From an uncultured Rickettsiales bacterium (lineage in GTDB: Bacteria; Pseudomonadota; Alphaproteobacteria; Rickettsiales; JALZUV01): DNA of 64,000 nucleotides. The notes under the pieces were generated by a model that saw only the letters and a list, made by a program, of their open reading frames with translations, was not told where the DNA came from and did no database searches. The DNA is taken from contig CAZZJS010000005.1 in the NCBI GenBank assembly GCA_964654855.1, forward strand, positions 68,081 through 132,080, read 5' to 3'. This document shows positions 49,953 through 61,321 of this stretch, piece by piece; the first letter of the stretch is position 1; the number at the start of each line of letters is the position of its first letter. Made by a program: the position numbers and the translations under genes.

Positions 49953-52900
49953 CTATGCTTCTTTTTCTTGAAGTTCTACGTTCAGGCAAAGGGCGCGTAG
50001 CTCTTTGACCATTACGTGGAACGATTCTGGAATGCCTGACTCGAAACTATGATCACCGCGAACGATAGACTCATAAACTTTCGAACGACCCGCTACGTCA
50101 TCCGACTTCACTGTCAGCATTTCTTGTAGCGTGTAAGCCGCGCCATAGGCTTGAAGTGCCCAACACTCCATCTCACCGAAGCGCTGTCCACCAAACTGCG
50201 ATTTACCGCCGAGTGGTTGTTGCGTAACGAGCGAGTATGGTCCGATTGAACGAGCGTGAATTTTCTCATCGACCAAGTGATGAAGTTTAAGCATGTAAAT
50301 GTAACCAACCGTTACATCACGATCAAACTGCTCACCGGTACGACCATCCCAAAGTGTCATCTGACCAGACTTTGGCATACCCGCTTTTTCGAGATAACCC
50401 TCGATGTCTTTCTCATTCGCACCATCAAATACTGGAGTTGCAAATGGCACACCTTTCGACGTGTTGCTGGCGAGTTCTTTGATTTCACCTTCAGACATTT
50501 TCTTAATATCTGCAGCGAATTCTTTCTCGTCATACACTTCGATCAGCTTATCGCGAACGCCTTTAAGATCACCACTTTCCTGAGCGCTACGAACTGCTTC
50601 AGAAATTTGGTTACCAATACCGGCAGCGGCCCAACCTAAGTGAGTCTCAAGAATCTGACCTACGTTCATACGTGAAGGTACACCCAATGGGTTCAACACG
50701 ATATCAACCGGAGTACCATCTTCAAGGTATGGCATATCTTCCACTGGAATGATCTTAGAGATCACACCTTTGTTACCGTGACGGCCTGCCATCTTATCAC
50801 CTGGTTGAAGCTTACGCTTCACAGCCAAGAAGACTTTCACCATTTTCAATACGCCAGGTTGCAGATCATCACCGCCTTGAACTTTATCTACTTTATCAGT
50901 GAAGTGAGCTTCGATACGAGCGAGTGCATCATCAAGTTGAATTTTCAGACCTTCGATCTGATCCATCACCTTCTTATCAGATACACCAAGCTGCCACCAT
51001 TGACCTTGGCTATATTTCTCGAAATGCTCATCCGTAAGCTTCGCTTTCTTGAAGCCTTTCGGACCCGACGTTGCTTCTTTACCGTTTAGAAGTTTCCGCA
51101 ATTGGCCATACACATAGCCTTCAATAATTGCGCGCTCTGTATCACGGTCTTTTGCAAGTTTCTGAATTTCAGATTGCTCTAATGCCAAAGCACGTTCGTC
51201 TTTTTCGATACCACGACGGCTAAAGATACGAACACCGACAACGTGACCCACCACACCTGGTGGTACGCGAAGCGAGCTATCACGAACGTCAGATGCTTTT
51301 TCACCAAAGATGGCACGAAGAAGTTTTTCTTCCGGCGTCATTGGAGACTCAGACTTAGGCGTCACTTTACCCACCAAAATATCACCGGCTTTTACTTCGG
51401 CACCTACGTGCGTCACACCGATCTCATCAAGGTTACGAAGGGCATCTTCACCGACATTGGGAATGTCGCGAGTAACTTCTTCAGGGCCAAGCTTTGTATC
51501 ACGAGCGACAACTTCAAATTCTTCAATATGAACTGAAGTAAATACGTCGTCAGATACGATACGCTCAGAAATAAGGATTGAATCCTCGTAGTTGTAACCA
51601 TTCCATGGCATGAAGGCCACGAGCACGTTACGGCCTAGCGCCAACTCACCCAGATCAGTCGAAGGACCATCGGCGATGATGTCACCCGAATTTAGCGTGT
51701 CACCTACTTTTACCAATGGACGTTGGTTAATGCAGGTGGATTGGTTAGAACGTTGGAATTTCTGTAGATTGTAGATGTCCACACCCGGCGTGTTGCCTTC
51801 GGTTTCTTTCTCATCCACACGAATCACGATACGAGAGGCATCGACACGGTCAACCACACCACCACGGCGGGCAGTGATGGCCGCGCCTGAATCACGTGCT
51901 ACGATAGATTCCATACCGGTACCTACGAGCGGTGCTTCCGCACGTACCAATGGCACGGCTTGGCGTTGCATGTTTGATCCCATGAGTGCGCGGTTCGCAT
52001 CATCATTCTCTAGGAATGGAATCATTGCCGCTGCTACAGAAACAAGCTGTTTCGGTGCAACGTCAACATAATCGATTTCATTCGGCAGGCTCATTTGGAA
52101 GTCGCCTGACTTACGGCTAGGTACGAGCTCTTCGGTGAACTTATTGTTCTTGTCGAGCGGCGCGTTTGCCTGTGCAACCGTGTATTTACCTTCTTCAATC
52201 GCCGAGAGGTACTGAACGTCATTAGTCACTTTACCGTCAACAACTTTACGGTAAGGCGTTTCGATGAAACCGTATTTATTGATTTGGGCATAAGTCGCCA
52301 TAGAGTTGATCAAACCAATATTTGGACCCTCAGGCGTTTCAATCGGACAGATACGACCATAGTGCGTCGCGTGTACGTCACGTACTTCAAAACCCGCACG
52401 TTCACGCGTTAGACCGCCGGGGCCAAGCGCTGAAAGACGACGCTTATGCGTAATCTCAGAAAGTGGGTTTGTTTGATCCATAAATTGTGAAAGCTGGCTA
52501 GAGCCAAAGAATTCACGAACAGACGCTGCAACCGGCTTAGCATTCACCAAGTCATGCGGCATCACTGTGTCGATATCAACAGAACCCATACGTTCGATAA
52601 TACCGCGCTCCATACGCAATAGACCGATACGATATTGGTTTTCCATCAATTCACCTACGGAACGAACACGACGGTTACCAAGGTGGTCAATATCGTCAAT
52701 CTCACCAAAACCATCTTTCAGACGGATAAGCGTGCGAACAGATTCAACGATATCGTCTTTGGTCAACGTGCCTTGCTCTTCAGGAGTTTCAAGATCCAAA
52801 CGAGCATTGATTTTTACACGGCCAACCGCAGAAAGGTCATAACGCTCTGAATCGAAGAAGAGGCTAGTGAATAACTCACCTGCTGCTTCAGGAGTGGTTG

Positions 52901-54059
52901 GCTCACCTGGGCGCATCACTTTGTAAATGTCGATTAACGCGTCATCTTTAGTCGTGTTTTTATCGGCCATTAATGTGTTACGAAGGTAAGGGCCTACCGT
53001 GATATTATCAATGTTAAGCGTTGGAAGTTCTTTTAAACCTGTCTCAACGAGAATGTTAAGAAGTGCTTCAGTCAGCTCAGCACCAGCATCCGCCAATACT
53101 TCACCTTCTTTATTCACGAGGTTCTTCGCGAGGAAACGACCCATCACCTGCTCATCAGTGAGCTGGATTGTTTTCGTGCCATCTTCAAGAATTTTCTTCG
53201 CTTTACGCGGCGTGATTTTATCACCCGCTTTAACCACGACTTTGCCGGTTTTACCGTCAATCAGGTCTTCATTAAGTTTCACACCGCGGTACTGAACAGG
53301 GTTATAAGGAGCAACCCAGCCTTTTTTACCTTTAGTGATAGAAACCGTCTCGTAATACGTATCAAGAATTTCTTCTGTACCCATATCTAGAGCACGAAGA
53401 AGCGTCGTTACTGGAAGTTTACGACGACGGTCAATACGAGTGTTAACGAGATCTTTCGGATCAAATTCGAAATCCAACCACGAGCCACGGTAAGGAATCA
53501 CACGAGCAGAGAAGAGGAGCTTGCCTGATGAGTGAGTTTTACCTTTATCATGGTCGAAGAAAACGCCAGGAGAACGGTGCATTTGCGATACGATCACACG
53601 TTCTGTACCGTTGATTACAAAGGTACCGTTTTGCGTCATCAAAGGAATATCACCCATGAAGACTTCTTGTTCTTTAATATCACGAATTTCGCGAGATCCT
53701 GTATCTTCATCCACAATCCATGTGATGAGGCGGAGAGTCGCGCGCATTGGAGCGGCGTAGTTAATGTCACGCTGGCGACATTCTTCCACGTCAAATTTTG
53801 GTTTGTCGAAATCGTAAGATACGAATTCTAATGTTGCTGTTTCAGCAAAATCATTGATTGGGAAAACGGATTTTAAAACCGCTTGTAAGCCAGTATCAGT
53901 ACGTTCAGCAGCAGGTACATTAATTTGTAGGAACTGATCATAAGAGTTCTTTTGAACCTCAATAAGGTTCGGCATTTCGGTCACAGATTCAATGCGGCCA
54001 AAGCTCTTACGGATACGTTTACGGCTAGTGAAATTAAGGGTTTGAGCGGTTTGAGTCAT
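49953..54059 (-). CDS. rpoB: RNA polymerase beta subunit
   Basis: [31 protein letters not shown]. Confidence 0.99.
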   Translation of the reverse strand: MTQTAQTLNFTSRKRIRKSFGRIESVTEMPNLIEVQKNSYDQFLQINVPAAERTDTGLQAVLKSVFPINDFAETATLEFVSYDFDKPKFDVEECRQRDINYAAPMRATLRLITWIVDEDTGSREIRDIKEQEVFMGDIPLMTQNGTFVINGTERVIVSQMHRSPGVFFDHDKGKTHSSGKLLFSARVIPYRGSWLDFEFDPKDLVNTRIDRRRKLPVTTLLRALDMGTEEILDTYYETVSITKGKKGWVAPYNPVQYRGVKLNEDLIDGKTGKVVVKAGDKITPRKAKKILEDGTKTIQLTDEQVMGRFLAKNLVNKEGEVLADAGAELTEALLNILVETGLKELPTLNIDNITVGPYLRNTLMADKNTTKDDALIDIYKVMRPGEPTTPEAAGELFTSLFFDSERYDLSAVGRVKINARLDLETPEEQGTLTKDDIVESVRTLIRLKDGFGEIDDIDHLGNRRVRSVGELMENQYRIGLLRMERGIIERMGSVDIDTVMPHDLVNAKPVAASVREFFGSSQLSQFMDQTNPLSEITHKRRLSALGPGGLTRERAGFEVRDVHATHYGRICPIETPEGPNIGLINSMATYAQINKYGFIETPYRKVVDGKVTNDVQYLSAIEEGKYTVAQANAPLDKNNKFTEELVPSRKSGDFQMSLPNEIDYVDVAPKQLVSVAAAMIPFLENDDANRALMGSNMQRQAVPLVRAEAPLVGTGMESIVARDSGAAITARRGGVVDRVDASRIVIRVDEKETEGNTPGVDIYNLQKFQRSNQSTCINQRPLVKVGDTLNSGDIIADGPSTDLGELALGRNVLVAFMPWNGYNYEDSILISERIVSDDVFTSVHIEEFEVVARDTKLGPEEVTRDIPNVGEDALRNLDEIGVTHVGAEVKAGDILVGKVTPKSESPMTPEEKLLRAIFGEKASDVRDSSLRVPPGVVGHVVGVRIFSRRGIEKDERALALEQSEIQKLAKDRDTERAIIEGYVYGQLRKLLNGKEATSGPKGFKKAKLTDEHFEKYSQGQWWQLGVSDKKVMDQIEGLKIQLDDALARIEAHFTDKVDKVQGGDDLQPGVLKMVKVFLAVKRKLQPGDKMAGRHGNKGVISKIIPVEDMPYLEDGTPVDIVLNPLGVPSRMNVGQILETHLGWAAAGIGNQISEAVRSAQESGDLKGVRDKLIEVYDEKEFAADIKKMSEGEIKELASNTSKGVPFATPVFDGANEKDIEGYLEKAGMPKSGQMTLWDGRTGEQFDRDVTVGYIYMLKLHHLVDEKIHARSIGPYSLVTQQPLGGKSQFGGQRFGEMECWALQAYGAAYTLQEMLTVKSDDVAGRSKVYESIVRGDHSFESGIPESFHVMVKELRALCLNVELQEKEA

Positions 54060-54132
54060 CGCGGGTCTCTTCTCAACATTTAATTAAAGTGCCGCACCGC
54101 CCGTTATTTTGGGGGTACGAAAAAAACAGAAA

Positions 54133-54161
54133 GAGGCGGCAGGCACAAGGCCCGCCACCTT
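54133..54161 (-). terminator. Probable attenuator hairpin between rplL and rpoB
   Basis: Imperfect GC-rich inverted repeat followed by a T-rich tract on the minus strand. Confidence 0.45.
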
Positions 54162-54182
54162 ATTCTAAAAGGCAGTTAGAAG

Positions 54183-54566
54183 TTACTTAACTTCAACTTC
54201 TGCACCAGCTTCAGTGAGTTTCTTCTGAATCTCAGCGGCTTCGTCTTTAGACACGCCTTCTTTAACTGGTTTTGGAGCACCTTCCACTAGGTCTTTAGCT
54301 TCTTTCAAGCCTAGGCCAGTGATGGTACGTACTTCTTTAATTACGTTGATCTTCTTGTCGCCAGCAGCTTTCAAGATGATATCAAACTCATCTTTTTCAG
54401 CAGCTGCACCAGCGTCACCGCCAGCAGCAGGAGCAGCACCTGCAACAGCAACTGGTGCTGCAGCGGAAACGCCCCATTTTTCTTCAAGAAGTTTTGAAAG
54501 CTCTGCAGCTTCCATTACTGTTAGTGCTGATAGATCATCAGCGATTTTTTCAATATTAGCAGCCAT
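54183..54566 (-). CDS. rplL: 50S ribosomal protein L7/L12
   Basis: [10 protein letters not shown] hinge, [20 protein letters not shown]. Confidence 0.98.
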   Translation of the reverse strand: MAANIEKIADDLSALTVMEAAELSKLLEEKWGVSAAAPVAVAGAAPAAGGDAGAAAEKDEFDIILKAAGDKKINVIKEVRTITGLGLKEAKDLVEGAPKPVKEGVSKDEAAEIQKKLTEAGAEVEVK

Positions 54567-54605
54567 GGTTCTCGTCCTCTTCCTTAAAACCTTTAACTTT
54601 ACTTC

Positions 54606-55115
54606 CTACGATTTCGCACCGTAAGCACCACAAACACGCGCTAGCTGACCAGCAGGCGCTTGCAACACACCGGCGATGCGAGTCGCAGGCGTATTCAACA
54701 TACCAACAATCTTGGCACGTAACTCGTCAAGTGATGGCATTTTCGATAGATCTTTAATGCCATTCACATCTAATGGCTGATCGCCAAAGGCGCCGCCAAG
54801 TAATTGTAATTTATCATTTTCATTGGCGAATTCTACCAATGCTTTTGCCGGAGCTACAGGATCTGTACTGTAACCGATCGCTGTTGGGCCGCTTAGGAAC
54901 TCACTGATAGATTCGTAAGTTGTTCCTTTGAGTGCGCGCTTAGCAAGAGTGTTTTTTGTTACTTTGAAAGAACCACCCGCTTCACGTACTTTAGCACGAA
55001 GGTCAGTAATTTCATCAACGGTTAGTCCTTTATAGTGAACCACTACGATTGAAGCTGCATCAGCAACTTCAGTGTTCAGTGCTTGAACGTAAGCTTGTTT
55101 TTGTGCGCGATCCAT
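54606..55115 (-). CDS. rplJ: 50S ribosomal protein L10
   Basis: YKGLTV, KNTLA; operon position. Confidence 0.96.
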   Translation of the reverse strand: MDRAQKQAYVQALNTEVADAASIVVVHYKGLTVDEITDLRAKVREAGGSFKVTKNTLAKRALKGTTYESISEFLSGPTAIGYSTDPVAPAKALVEFANENDKLQLLGGAFGDQPLDVNGIKDLSKMPSLDELRAKIVGMLNTPATRIAGVLQAPAGQLARVCGAYGAKS

Positions 55116-55139
55116 TACCTTTGCTCCGTTTTCTTTTAA

Positions 55140-55838
55140 TTATGCTGCTTGCTTAAAGCTGCTTAAATCCAATTTAACGCCGCCGCCCATAGTAGAGCTA
55201 ATAGCAGCACGCTTCATATAACCACCTTTAGCACCTGATGGCTTAGCGCCTTGCAATGCTTTGATGACTGTCGAGATATTTTCAGAAAGTTTCTTTGCAT
55301 CGAAACTTGCTTTACCCACGCCCACGTGAACGATACCGGCTTTTTCAACACGACATTCTACTTCACCTGCTTTTGCTTTAGTGATGGCTTCTTCCACATT
55401 TGGAGTCACCGTACCAAGTTTAGGGTTAGGCATTAGACCTTTAGGGCCAAGAATTTTACCTACACGGCCAACAACGGCCATCATATCAGGCGTTGCAATC
55501 ACGCGATCATAGTTAAGATCACCTTTTTGCATGCTTTCCATAAGGTCCTCAGCACCAACAACATCGGCACCTGCTTTTTTAGCTGCTTCTGCTTTATCGC
55601 CTTTAGCGAAAACAGCGATACGTATTTTTTTACCTGTACCGTTTGGTAGTGCTACCATTGTACGTACTTGTTGGTCAGCGTGACGTGGGTCAACACCGAG
55701 GTTAACGGCAAGTTCGATCGTTTCATCGAATTTTGCTGTTGCGTTATCTTTTACAAGCTTTACCGCCGCATCAAGATCGTAAAGCTGAGTGCTATCGATA
55801 TTCGCGAGAATTGCTGTTTTCTTTTTGCTTAGTGCCAT
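55140..55838 (-). CDS. rplA: 50S ribosomal protein L1
   Basis: [23 protein letters not shown]. Confidence 0.98.
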   Translation of the reverse strand: MALSKKKTAILANIDSTQLYDLDAAVKLVKDNATAKFDETIELAVNLGVDPRHADQQVRTMVALPNGTGKKIRIAVFAKGDKAEAAKKAGADVVGAEDLMESMQKGDLNYDRVIATPDMMAVVGRVGKILGPKGLMPNPKLGTVTPNVEEAITKAKAGEVECRVEKAGIVHVGVGKASFDAKKLSENISTVIKALQGAKPSGAKGGYMKRAAISSTMGGGVKLDLSSFKQAA

Positions 55839-55851
55839 GATGAACTATCCT

Positions 55852-56289
55852 TTACGCTGCGTCCTCGAGCACTTCAATGCCCATTGAAACCGCAGAACCT
55901 TTAATCATATTGCAAGCGCCTTCCATATCGTTGGCGTTGAGGTCAACCATCTTCACTTCCGCGATTTCGCGAACTTGCTTCATAGTAACTTTACCTACGA
56001 TTTCTTTGCCGGTTTCGCCTGCGCCTTTTTTCAACTTCGCAGCTTTTTTCAGGAAGTATGAAACGGGAGGAGTCTTTGTGATGAACGTAAAGCTACGGTC
56101 TGCATAAGCTGTAATGACAACCGGAATCGGCGTGCCAGGTTCAGACTTCTGAGTTTCCGCGTTAAACGCTTTACAGAATTCCATAATGTTCAAGCCTTGC
56201 TGACCTAATGCAGGGCCAACTGGAGGAGAAGGGTTTGCCTTACCTGCCGCAATTGTTAGCTTGATGTATCCAATAATTTTTTTAGCCAT
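55852..56289 (-). CDS. rplK: 50S ribosomal protein L11
   Basis: [22 protein letters not shown]. Confidence 0.98.
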   Translation of the reverse strand: MAKKIIGYIKLTIAAGKANPSPPVGPALGQQGLNIMEFCKAFNAETQKSEPGTPIPVVITAYADRSFTFITKTPPVSYFLKKAAKLKKGAGETGKEIVGKVTMKQVREIAEVKMVDLNANDMEGACNMIKGSAVSMGIEVLEDAA

Positions 56290-56374
56290 AAATATACCTT
56301 TTGCCCCACTGGGGAGCTAGGCTTTTAGGCCAAAGGGATTCTATTGGCAACCCCTTTTTTGACAGTTTTGTCAG

Positions 56375-56932
56375 TTATTTTACGACTTTGTTCATGAACT
56401 CTGCATCATTGCCACTTACGAGTAGTGAAATATGGTGGATAATACCGTCAATTAGAGTGTCGATCTGCTCGCGTTCTGCCTTGCTAAAATCATGTAAAAC
56501 ATAGCCGCTAACGGCATCTTTGTGACCTGGGTGGTCAATGCCGATACGCACGCGGTGATAATTTTTGCCAATTTGTGCATCAATATCACGTAAGCCGTTA
56601 TGGCCGGCATGGCCGCCACCTGTTTTGGTACGAATTTCGCCGACAGCAATATCAAGCTCATCATGAAATACGGTAATATCTTCTGGCTTTAATTTATAAA
56701 ATGCCATGGCAGCCTGAACTGACTTACCGGATAGGTTCATATAGGTTTGCGGTTTAAGTAATAAGACTTTTTCGCCCTCTAGGGTGATTTCGGTGACTTC
56801 TCCTTGAAATTTCTTGCTCCATTTGGGCGCGTGATTATTTGCCGCGAGCGCGTCTATCACCATAAAGCCGACATTATGGCGATTCTTTTCGTATTTTGTG
56901 TCGGGGTTTCCGAGTCCTACAAATAATTTCAT
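56375..56932 (-). CDS. pth: Peptidyl-tRNA hydrolase
   Basis: GLGNP, RHNVGF, KPQTYMNLSG, HDELD, GHNG. Confidence 0.97.
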   Translation of the reverse strand: MKLFVGLGNPDTKYEKNRHNVGFMVIDALAANNHAPKWSKKFQGEVTEITLEGEKVLLLKPQTYMNLSGKSVQAAMAFYKLKPEDITVFHDELDIAVGEIRTKTGGGHAGHNGLRDIDAQIGKNYHRVRIGIDHPGHKDAVSGYVLHDFSKAEREQIDTLIDGIIHHISLLVSGNDAEFMNKVVK

Positions 56933-56960
56933 GGCGCTAACCTAGCGTGATTTTTGAAAT

Positions 56961-57002
56961 AAAAAAAGGGCGTGAACTGTAAAAGTTGCACGCCCTTTTT
57001 TT
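56961..57002 (-). terminator. Terminator after rplY
   Basis: AAAAAAAGGGCGTG..CACGCCCTTTTTTT inverted repeat. Confidence 0.75.
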
Positions 57003-57016
57003 CAAAATGGCGAGAT

Positions 57017-57697
57017 TTACTCGTCGCCACCTTCAGTTGTTGCTTCAGCGCCTTCAGCACCTTCAGCTGGCTCTTCACCACCCACAGGAACTTCGCTTGC
57101 TTCAGGAGCCACGCTAGTTTCTTCCTCTTTCTTGAGGCGACCGGCGATGGTCACAATCGTAAAGTCACGATCTTGAATTTCAGGGCGCACGCCTTCTGGA
57201 AGTTTCACCGCGCTAATGTGAATTGAATCACCGATACCGGCTTCTGTCACATCAACTTCTACTGAAGTTGGAATGTTTTCAGGGTTACATACGAGGCGAA
57301 CATGGTGTTTTACCACGTTGATTGAACCACCGCGTTTCACGCCAACAGATTTCTCTGCACCTACAACACGTAGTGGAACGGCAACAGAAACAACGCTATC
57401 AGACTCTACTTGTAGGAAGTCGATATGCTCTACTTTTTCGCTCACTGGGTGTGCTTGAATTTCACGTGCGAGCGCGAAGTAGGTTTCTTTACCCACTTTA
57501 AGCTCGGCCAATTTAGAACGGAAGCCACCTTTATGGTAAACCTTCACGAACTCATTTTCCGCAATTGAGAAGCTTACTGGCTTCACTTTGTTACTGTAAA
57601 GAACCGCTGGAATACGGTTGTTGCGACGAAGCTCACGTGCGGCGCCACGGCCGAGTTTTTCGCGTGCTTCTGCTTCAAATGTATAAGCTGCTTTCAT
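57017..57697 (-). CDS. rplY: 50S ribosomal protein L25/Ctc
   Basis: RIPAVLY, HIDF, GVKRGG, acidic tail. Confidence 0.95.
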   Translation of the reverse strand: MKAAYTFEAEAREKLGRGAARELRRNNRIPAVLYSNKVKPVSFSIAENEFVKVYHKGGFRSKLAELKVGKETYFALAREIQAHPVSEKVEHIDFLQVESDSVVSVAVPLRVVGAEKSVGVKRGGSINVVKHHVRLVCNPENIPTSVEVDVTEAGIGDSIHISAVKLPEGVRPEIQDRDFTIVTIAGRLKKEEETSVAPEASEVPVGGEEPAEGAEGAEATTEGGDE

Positions 57698-57711
57698 AAT
57701 TATAATCTCCT

Positions 57712-58650
57712 TTATTCAAATAGGCTCGAAACCGAGTCCTCGTTACTAATGCGCTGCATTGCTTCGGCCAAAAGTGGCGCGATGCTGACAGTGCGGATTT
57801 TTGGATGATCCTTAACAGAATCGGGTTGTTGGATTGAATCAGTAATCACCAACTCATCCATTTTCGATTTGGCAAGCCGATCAAAGGCAGGGCCTGAAAG
57901 TACACCATGTGAAATATAAGCGGATACGCCAGTAGCGCCTTTTTCAAGCAGGGCATCAACACCGTTGCAAAGCGTTCCAGCTGTATCGACGATATCATCG
58001 AATAGGATACAATGACGGCCATCGACTTCGCCGATAACGTTCATCACTTCAGAGATGCTGGCTTTTTCACGGCGTTTATCAATGATAGCAAGATCAGCGT
58101 TAATGCGGCTTGCGAGTGAACGCGCACGAACTACACCACCAACATCGGGTGAAACAACTGTGAGCGGTTTATCGCCATATTTTGTTTTAATATCATCGAC
58201 AATCACTGGGCGAGCATAAAGGTGATCCACCGGAATATCGAAAAAGCCCTGGATCTGACCGGCGTGAAGATCAAGCGTAAGTACGCGATCTGCACCAGCA
58301 GAGGTGATAAGGTTTGCGACTAATTTCGCTGAAATTGGCGTGCGAGGGCCTGGCTTACGGTCTTGGCGTGCATAGCCAAAGTAAGGGATTACCGCCGTAA
58401 CGCGGCGTGCCGAGGCGCGCTTTAAAGCGTCCAACGCGATGAGAAGTTCCATGATATTTTGATTGGCGGGGTTAGAAGTGGATTGTACTACGAATACATC
58501 CTGTCCACGCACATTTTCATGAATCTCAATGAATACTTCCGAATCGGGGAATTTTTTAACATCCGCTTTGGTAAGGCTTGTACCTAAATGCGAGGCCATT
58601 GCCCCAGCCAACGGGATGTTGCTATTACAGCTAAGTATTTTCATTTTCAC
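57712..58650 (-). CDS. prs: Ribose-phosphate pyrophosphokinase
   Basis: [37 protein letters not shown]. Confidence 0.97.
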   Translation of the reverse strand: MKMKILSCNSNIPLAGAMASHLGTSLTKADVKKFPDSEVFIEIHENVRGQDVFVVQSTSNPANQNIMELLIALDALKRASARRVTAVIPYFGYARQDRKPGPRTPISAKLVANLITSAGADRVLTLDLHAGQIQGFFDIPVDHLYARPVIVDDIKTKYGDKPLTVVSPDVGGVVRARSLASRINADLAIIDKRREKASISEVMNVIGEVDGRHCILFDDIVDTAGTLCNGVDALLEKGATGVSAYISHGVLSGPAFDRLAKSKMDELVITDSIQQPDSVKDHPKIRTVSIAPLLAEAMQRISNEDSVSSLFE

Positions 58651-58819
58651 CTCTCACAGCACCATCGCGGGCTTCATTGCCCAAGCGCTTTACTATGAAG
58701 AGGGGGTGTATAGGCGAGTCGTAGGTGAGTGTAAAGAAAATAAATGGGATTAATTTACATTATTTCTACACAGTTTTTGTAGGAAAATGGCCGCTCTCAC
58801 TCTGTTTTTCTCAAATCCA

Positions 58820-58834
58820 TTAGCAAATTGTTAA
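58820..58834 (+). promoter_or_regulatory. Near-consensus CtrA box upstream of the second flagellin
   Basis: TTAG-CAAATTG-TTAA (N7), followed by a GCTATGAT -10-like element. Confidence 0.45.
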
Positions 58835-58906
58835 TGATTCGTGTGCTATGATGGAACTTAGTATAGGGCAAGTAGTCCTTTCGATAAACATTACAGGTAG
58901 TGATGA

Positions 58907-61300
58907 ATGGTAACGATACAACCAACATTTGGTCTTAGGACGGGACAGCTCGCGCGTCAGATAGTCCAGTCGGCTGATTCAGTCGGAAGGTTGTCTTCGG
59001 GTAACCGTATCCAGAATGCTGGAGATGATGTTTCAGGTCTTTCCGTTGCTACCCAATTACGAGCACAAACCACCACCTTGCGCCAAGAACTTGAAAACGG
59101 TGTTCAAGCTTCTTCTCTTTTACAGGTTGCGAGTGATGGTTTCTCAAGAGTTCAAGATATTTTACAACGTCAGGCCACGTTGGCAACTCAAGCTAATAGT
59201 GGTAGTATTACCGATGTGGAGCGTAGCTTCTTAGCGCAAGAATTTAGCGCTTTGGGTGAAGAGTTAGATCGGATTGTTTTAGGGACTAATTTTAATGGTA
59301 TCACCCTTTTAAATGGCATCGATAATGTGAATTTCAACGATACTATCGCGCAAAAAGCCCGCGCTGTTATTGAATGGACGGGGAATCCGACTAATGGGCA
59401 AACGTTCCGTACTCAAGATACGGCCTTCCGTTTTCGTACTGTTCCTATTCCAGGTGATCCGCTCAGTGTTGAGATTGGTGCAACGATAGAAGAAACCGTC
59501 CTTAATTTGGCTGAGGCTATCCGTACTTTTGATCAGCATGATAATTTAAAAGCTTATGAATATACTGTTTCGGGCACTGAATTACGTATTGCCTCTATTT
59601 CAGGTGGAAAAGATGCTCGGCGTTTGGTGATCGAAGATCAAGGCTCCAGCTCTCGTGATAATTTTACGGTCACGCAAGGTCAGCGTATCTTAAATACAGC
59701 GCAAGGTTATTACACGTTAGAAGCGGTAGATGAGGATTTAGCTCTTGGTGCCAATAGTGTAAAAGTGACTGGAATAACCGATAGTAGCTTTGTGGCTGCT
59801 CAAGCTCAAACCTCTTCAGAAGTACGTTTGACGATTGCAAACCCAACGGGTGGAATTAATCATAATGACGAAATTCGTATTGATAGCGGCTTTGGGCCTT
59901 TCTTGAATTTTAGGTTCAGAGATATCCCGTCACCCGGTAATTTCTTGCATATTGAGATTGGTGATAATAACGAAGAGACCTTGGCTAATGCGGCTGAAGT
60001 GTTGAATAATTTCCAAAATGCTCCTTTAATTGATACAAGTTACTTCCGTAAATATGTCATACAGCAGTTAGAGTTTTCACGTGATGGGTTAGACCTAGTG
60101 ATTCGGCATAAAGGCACAGGCGATGTGCCTGATGCACAGTTTGATATCTCACTTGTAGATCAAGCGGGTCTGGGGGTTTTATCTTCTAGTACTTTAGATA
60201 GCGGTACGGATAGTGGGGTTAATACAAATGGTATTATAAATCCTGATTTTGTAGGAAAAGTCAGTGGGTTTGAATCAACTTATCTCGCGGATAACCTTAT
60301 CGAAACTTCGCTGAAAGTGGGAGATGCTACTTACAGTGCCACTATCTCCGACACGAGTTTTGCAGGTGGCGACCAACGCATTTTCTTTACCTCGGAAGAT
60401 AATGGCTATTTTACGGTCGATTTTGTGGGTGGCGCAGGGCCTAACGTAACCAATCAAAACCAAGCTGATCTTTTTGCTCAAGAATTAGATAGTGTATTTA
60501 GTGCGTTAAACTTTAATCAAGAACGTTCTGTATTGGGCTATAACGGTGCGGGTGAACTTGACGGTTCGAGCTTATTCTATGAAACAGATGATTTCACAGG
60601 GGGGCTGAATGTGACCAATATCGAGGTTCAATCTGCCTCGGAGCCAGGCCAAGATGCGCGGGTGATTATTGAAGCTAGCGGTAAGACATTCGAATATATT
60701 GAGCGTGATTTTGGCAATAATGAGGTCGTTAGTAATGACAGCATTGTGTTTAGAAGCATTGCGGGTGGCCCCGGCCAGTTAACGCTCACAAATGTGAATC
60801 AGAAATATGATTTGAACACGAAGGCTGGCGCACAAGATTTTGCTCAAAATCTGGCTGCGTCTCTGGTTAATTTAAGGGGATCAGGCGTTCAGGTTGGAGT
60901 GAATGATGCTGATGGAAGAGTGAATCTGGGGTATGAAGGCTTCTCCGTAAATGACTTATTCCGCGCAAATGATTTATCTATTGGCACTCAGGCAGAGGCT
61001 GTAGATGCCCTTGAAGGGATTAAAGAGCTCATTGAAAAAGTAACGGCACAACAAGCGGCTGTGGGTTCTTCGCAAGCTCGATTGGAGTATATTATTGCAG
61101 AAAAAGAAGGCACTTTATTAGCGACCGATAGTGCGCGTGCAGCCTTTGCGGATACAGATATTGCGGCGGAATCTTCACTCTATGCTCAATTACTCGTACA
61201 GCAAAATGCTGCGATTGCTGTATCGGCGCAGGCAAATATCCTTAACACGCAAGTGCTTGCGTTATTATCTGCTGAAAATAGCGCTCTTACAGAATCCTAA
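58907..61300 (+). CDS. Giant atypical flagellin (797 aa)
   Basis: RLSSGNRI..DDVSGL, LLQVASDG, ELDRIVLGTNFNG; C-terminal QAAVGSSQARLE, DTDIAAES, AQAN; central insert of roughly 500 aa. Confidence 0.88.
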   Translation: MVTIQPTFGLRTGQLARQIVQSADSVGRLSSGNRIQNAGDDVSGLSVATQLRAQTTTLRQELENGVQASSLLQVASDGFSRVQDILQRQATLATQANSGSITDVERSFLAQEFSALGEELDRIVLGTNFNGITLLNGIDNVNFNDTIAQKARAVIEWTGNPTNGQTFRTQDTAFRFRTVPIPGDPLSVEIGATIEETVLNLAEAIRTFDQHDNLKAYEYTVSGTELRIASISGGKDARRLVIEDQGSSSRDNFTVTQGQRILNTAQGYYTLEAVDEDLALGANSVKVTGITDSSFVAAQAQTSSEVRLTIANPTGGINHNDEIRIDSGFGPFLNFRFRDIPSPGNFLHIEIGDNNEETLANAAEVLNNFQNAPLIDTSYFRKYVIQQLEFSRDGLDLVIRHKGTGDVPDAQFDISLVDQAGLGVLSSSTLDSGTDSGVNTNGIINPDFVGKVSGFESTYLADNLIETSLKVGDATYSATISDTSFAGGDQRIFFTSEDNGYFTVDFVGGAGPNVTNQNQADLFAQELDSVFSALNFNQERSVLGYNGAGELDGSSLFYETDDFTGGLNVTNIEVQSASEPGQDARVIIEASGKTFEYIERDFGNNEVVSNDSIVFRSIAGGPGQLTLTNVNQKYDLNTKAGAQDFAQNLAASLVNLRGSGVQVGVNDADGRVNLGYEGFSVNDLFRANDLSIGTQAEAVDALEGIKELIEKVTAQQAAVGSSQARLEYIIAEKEGTLLATDSARAAFADTDIAAESSLYAQLLVQQNAAIAVSAQANILNTQVLALLSAENSALTES

Positions 61301-61321
61301 GATCATCTGCCTTAATCAAAC

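Noticed and set aside
45784-54624. Many antisense ORFs across rpoB, rpoC, rplL and other core genes
   Set aside because: Expected shadow ORFs from codon bias in highly expressed genes.
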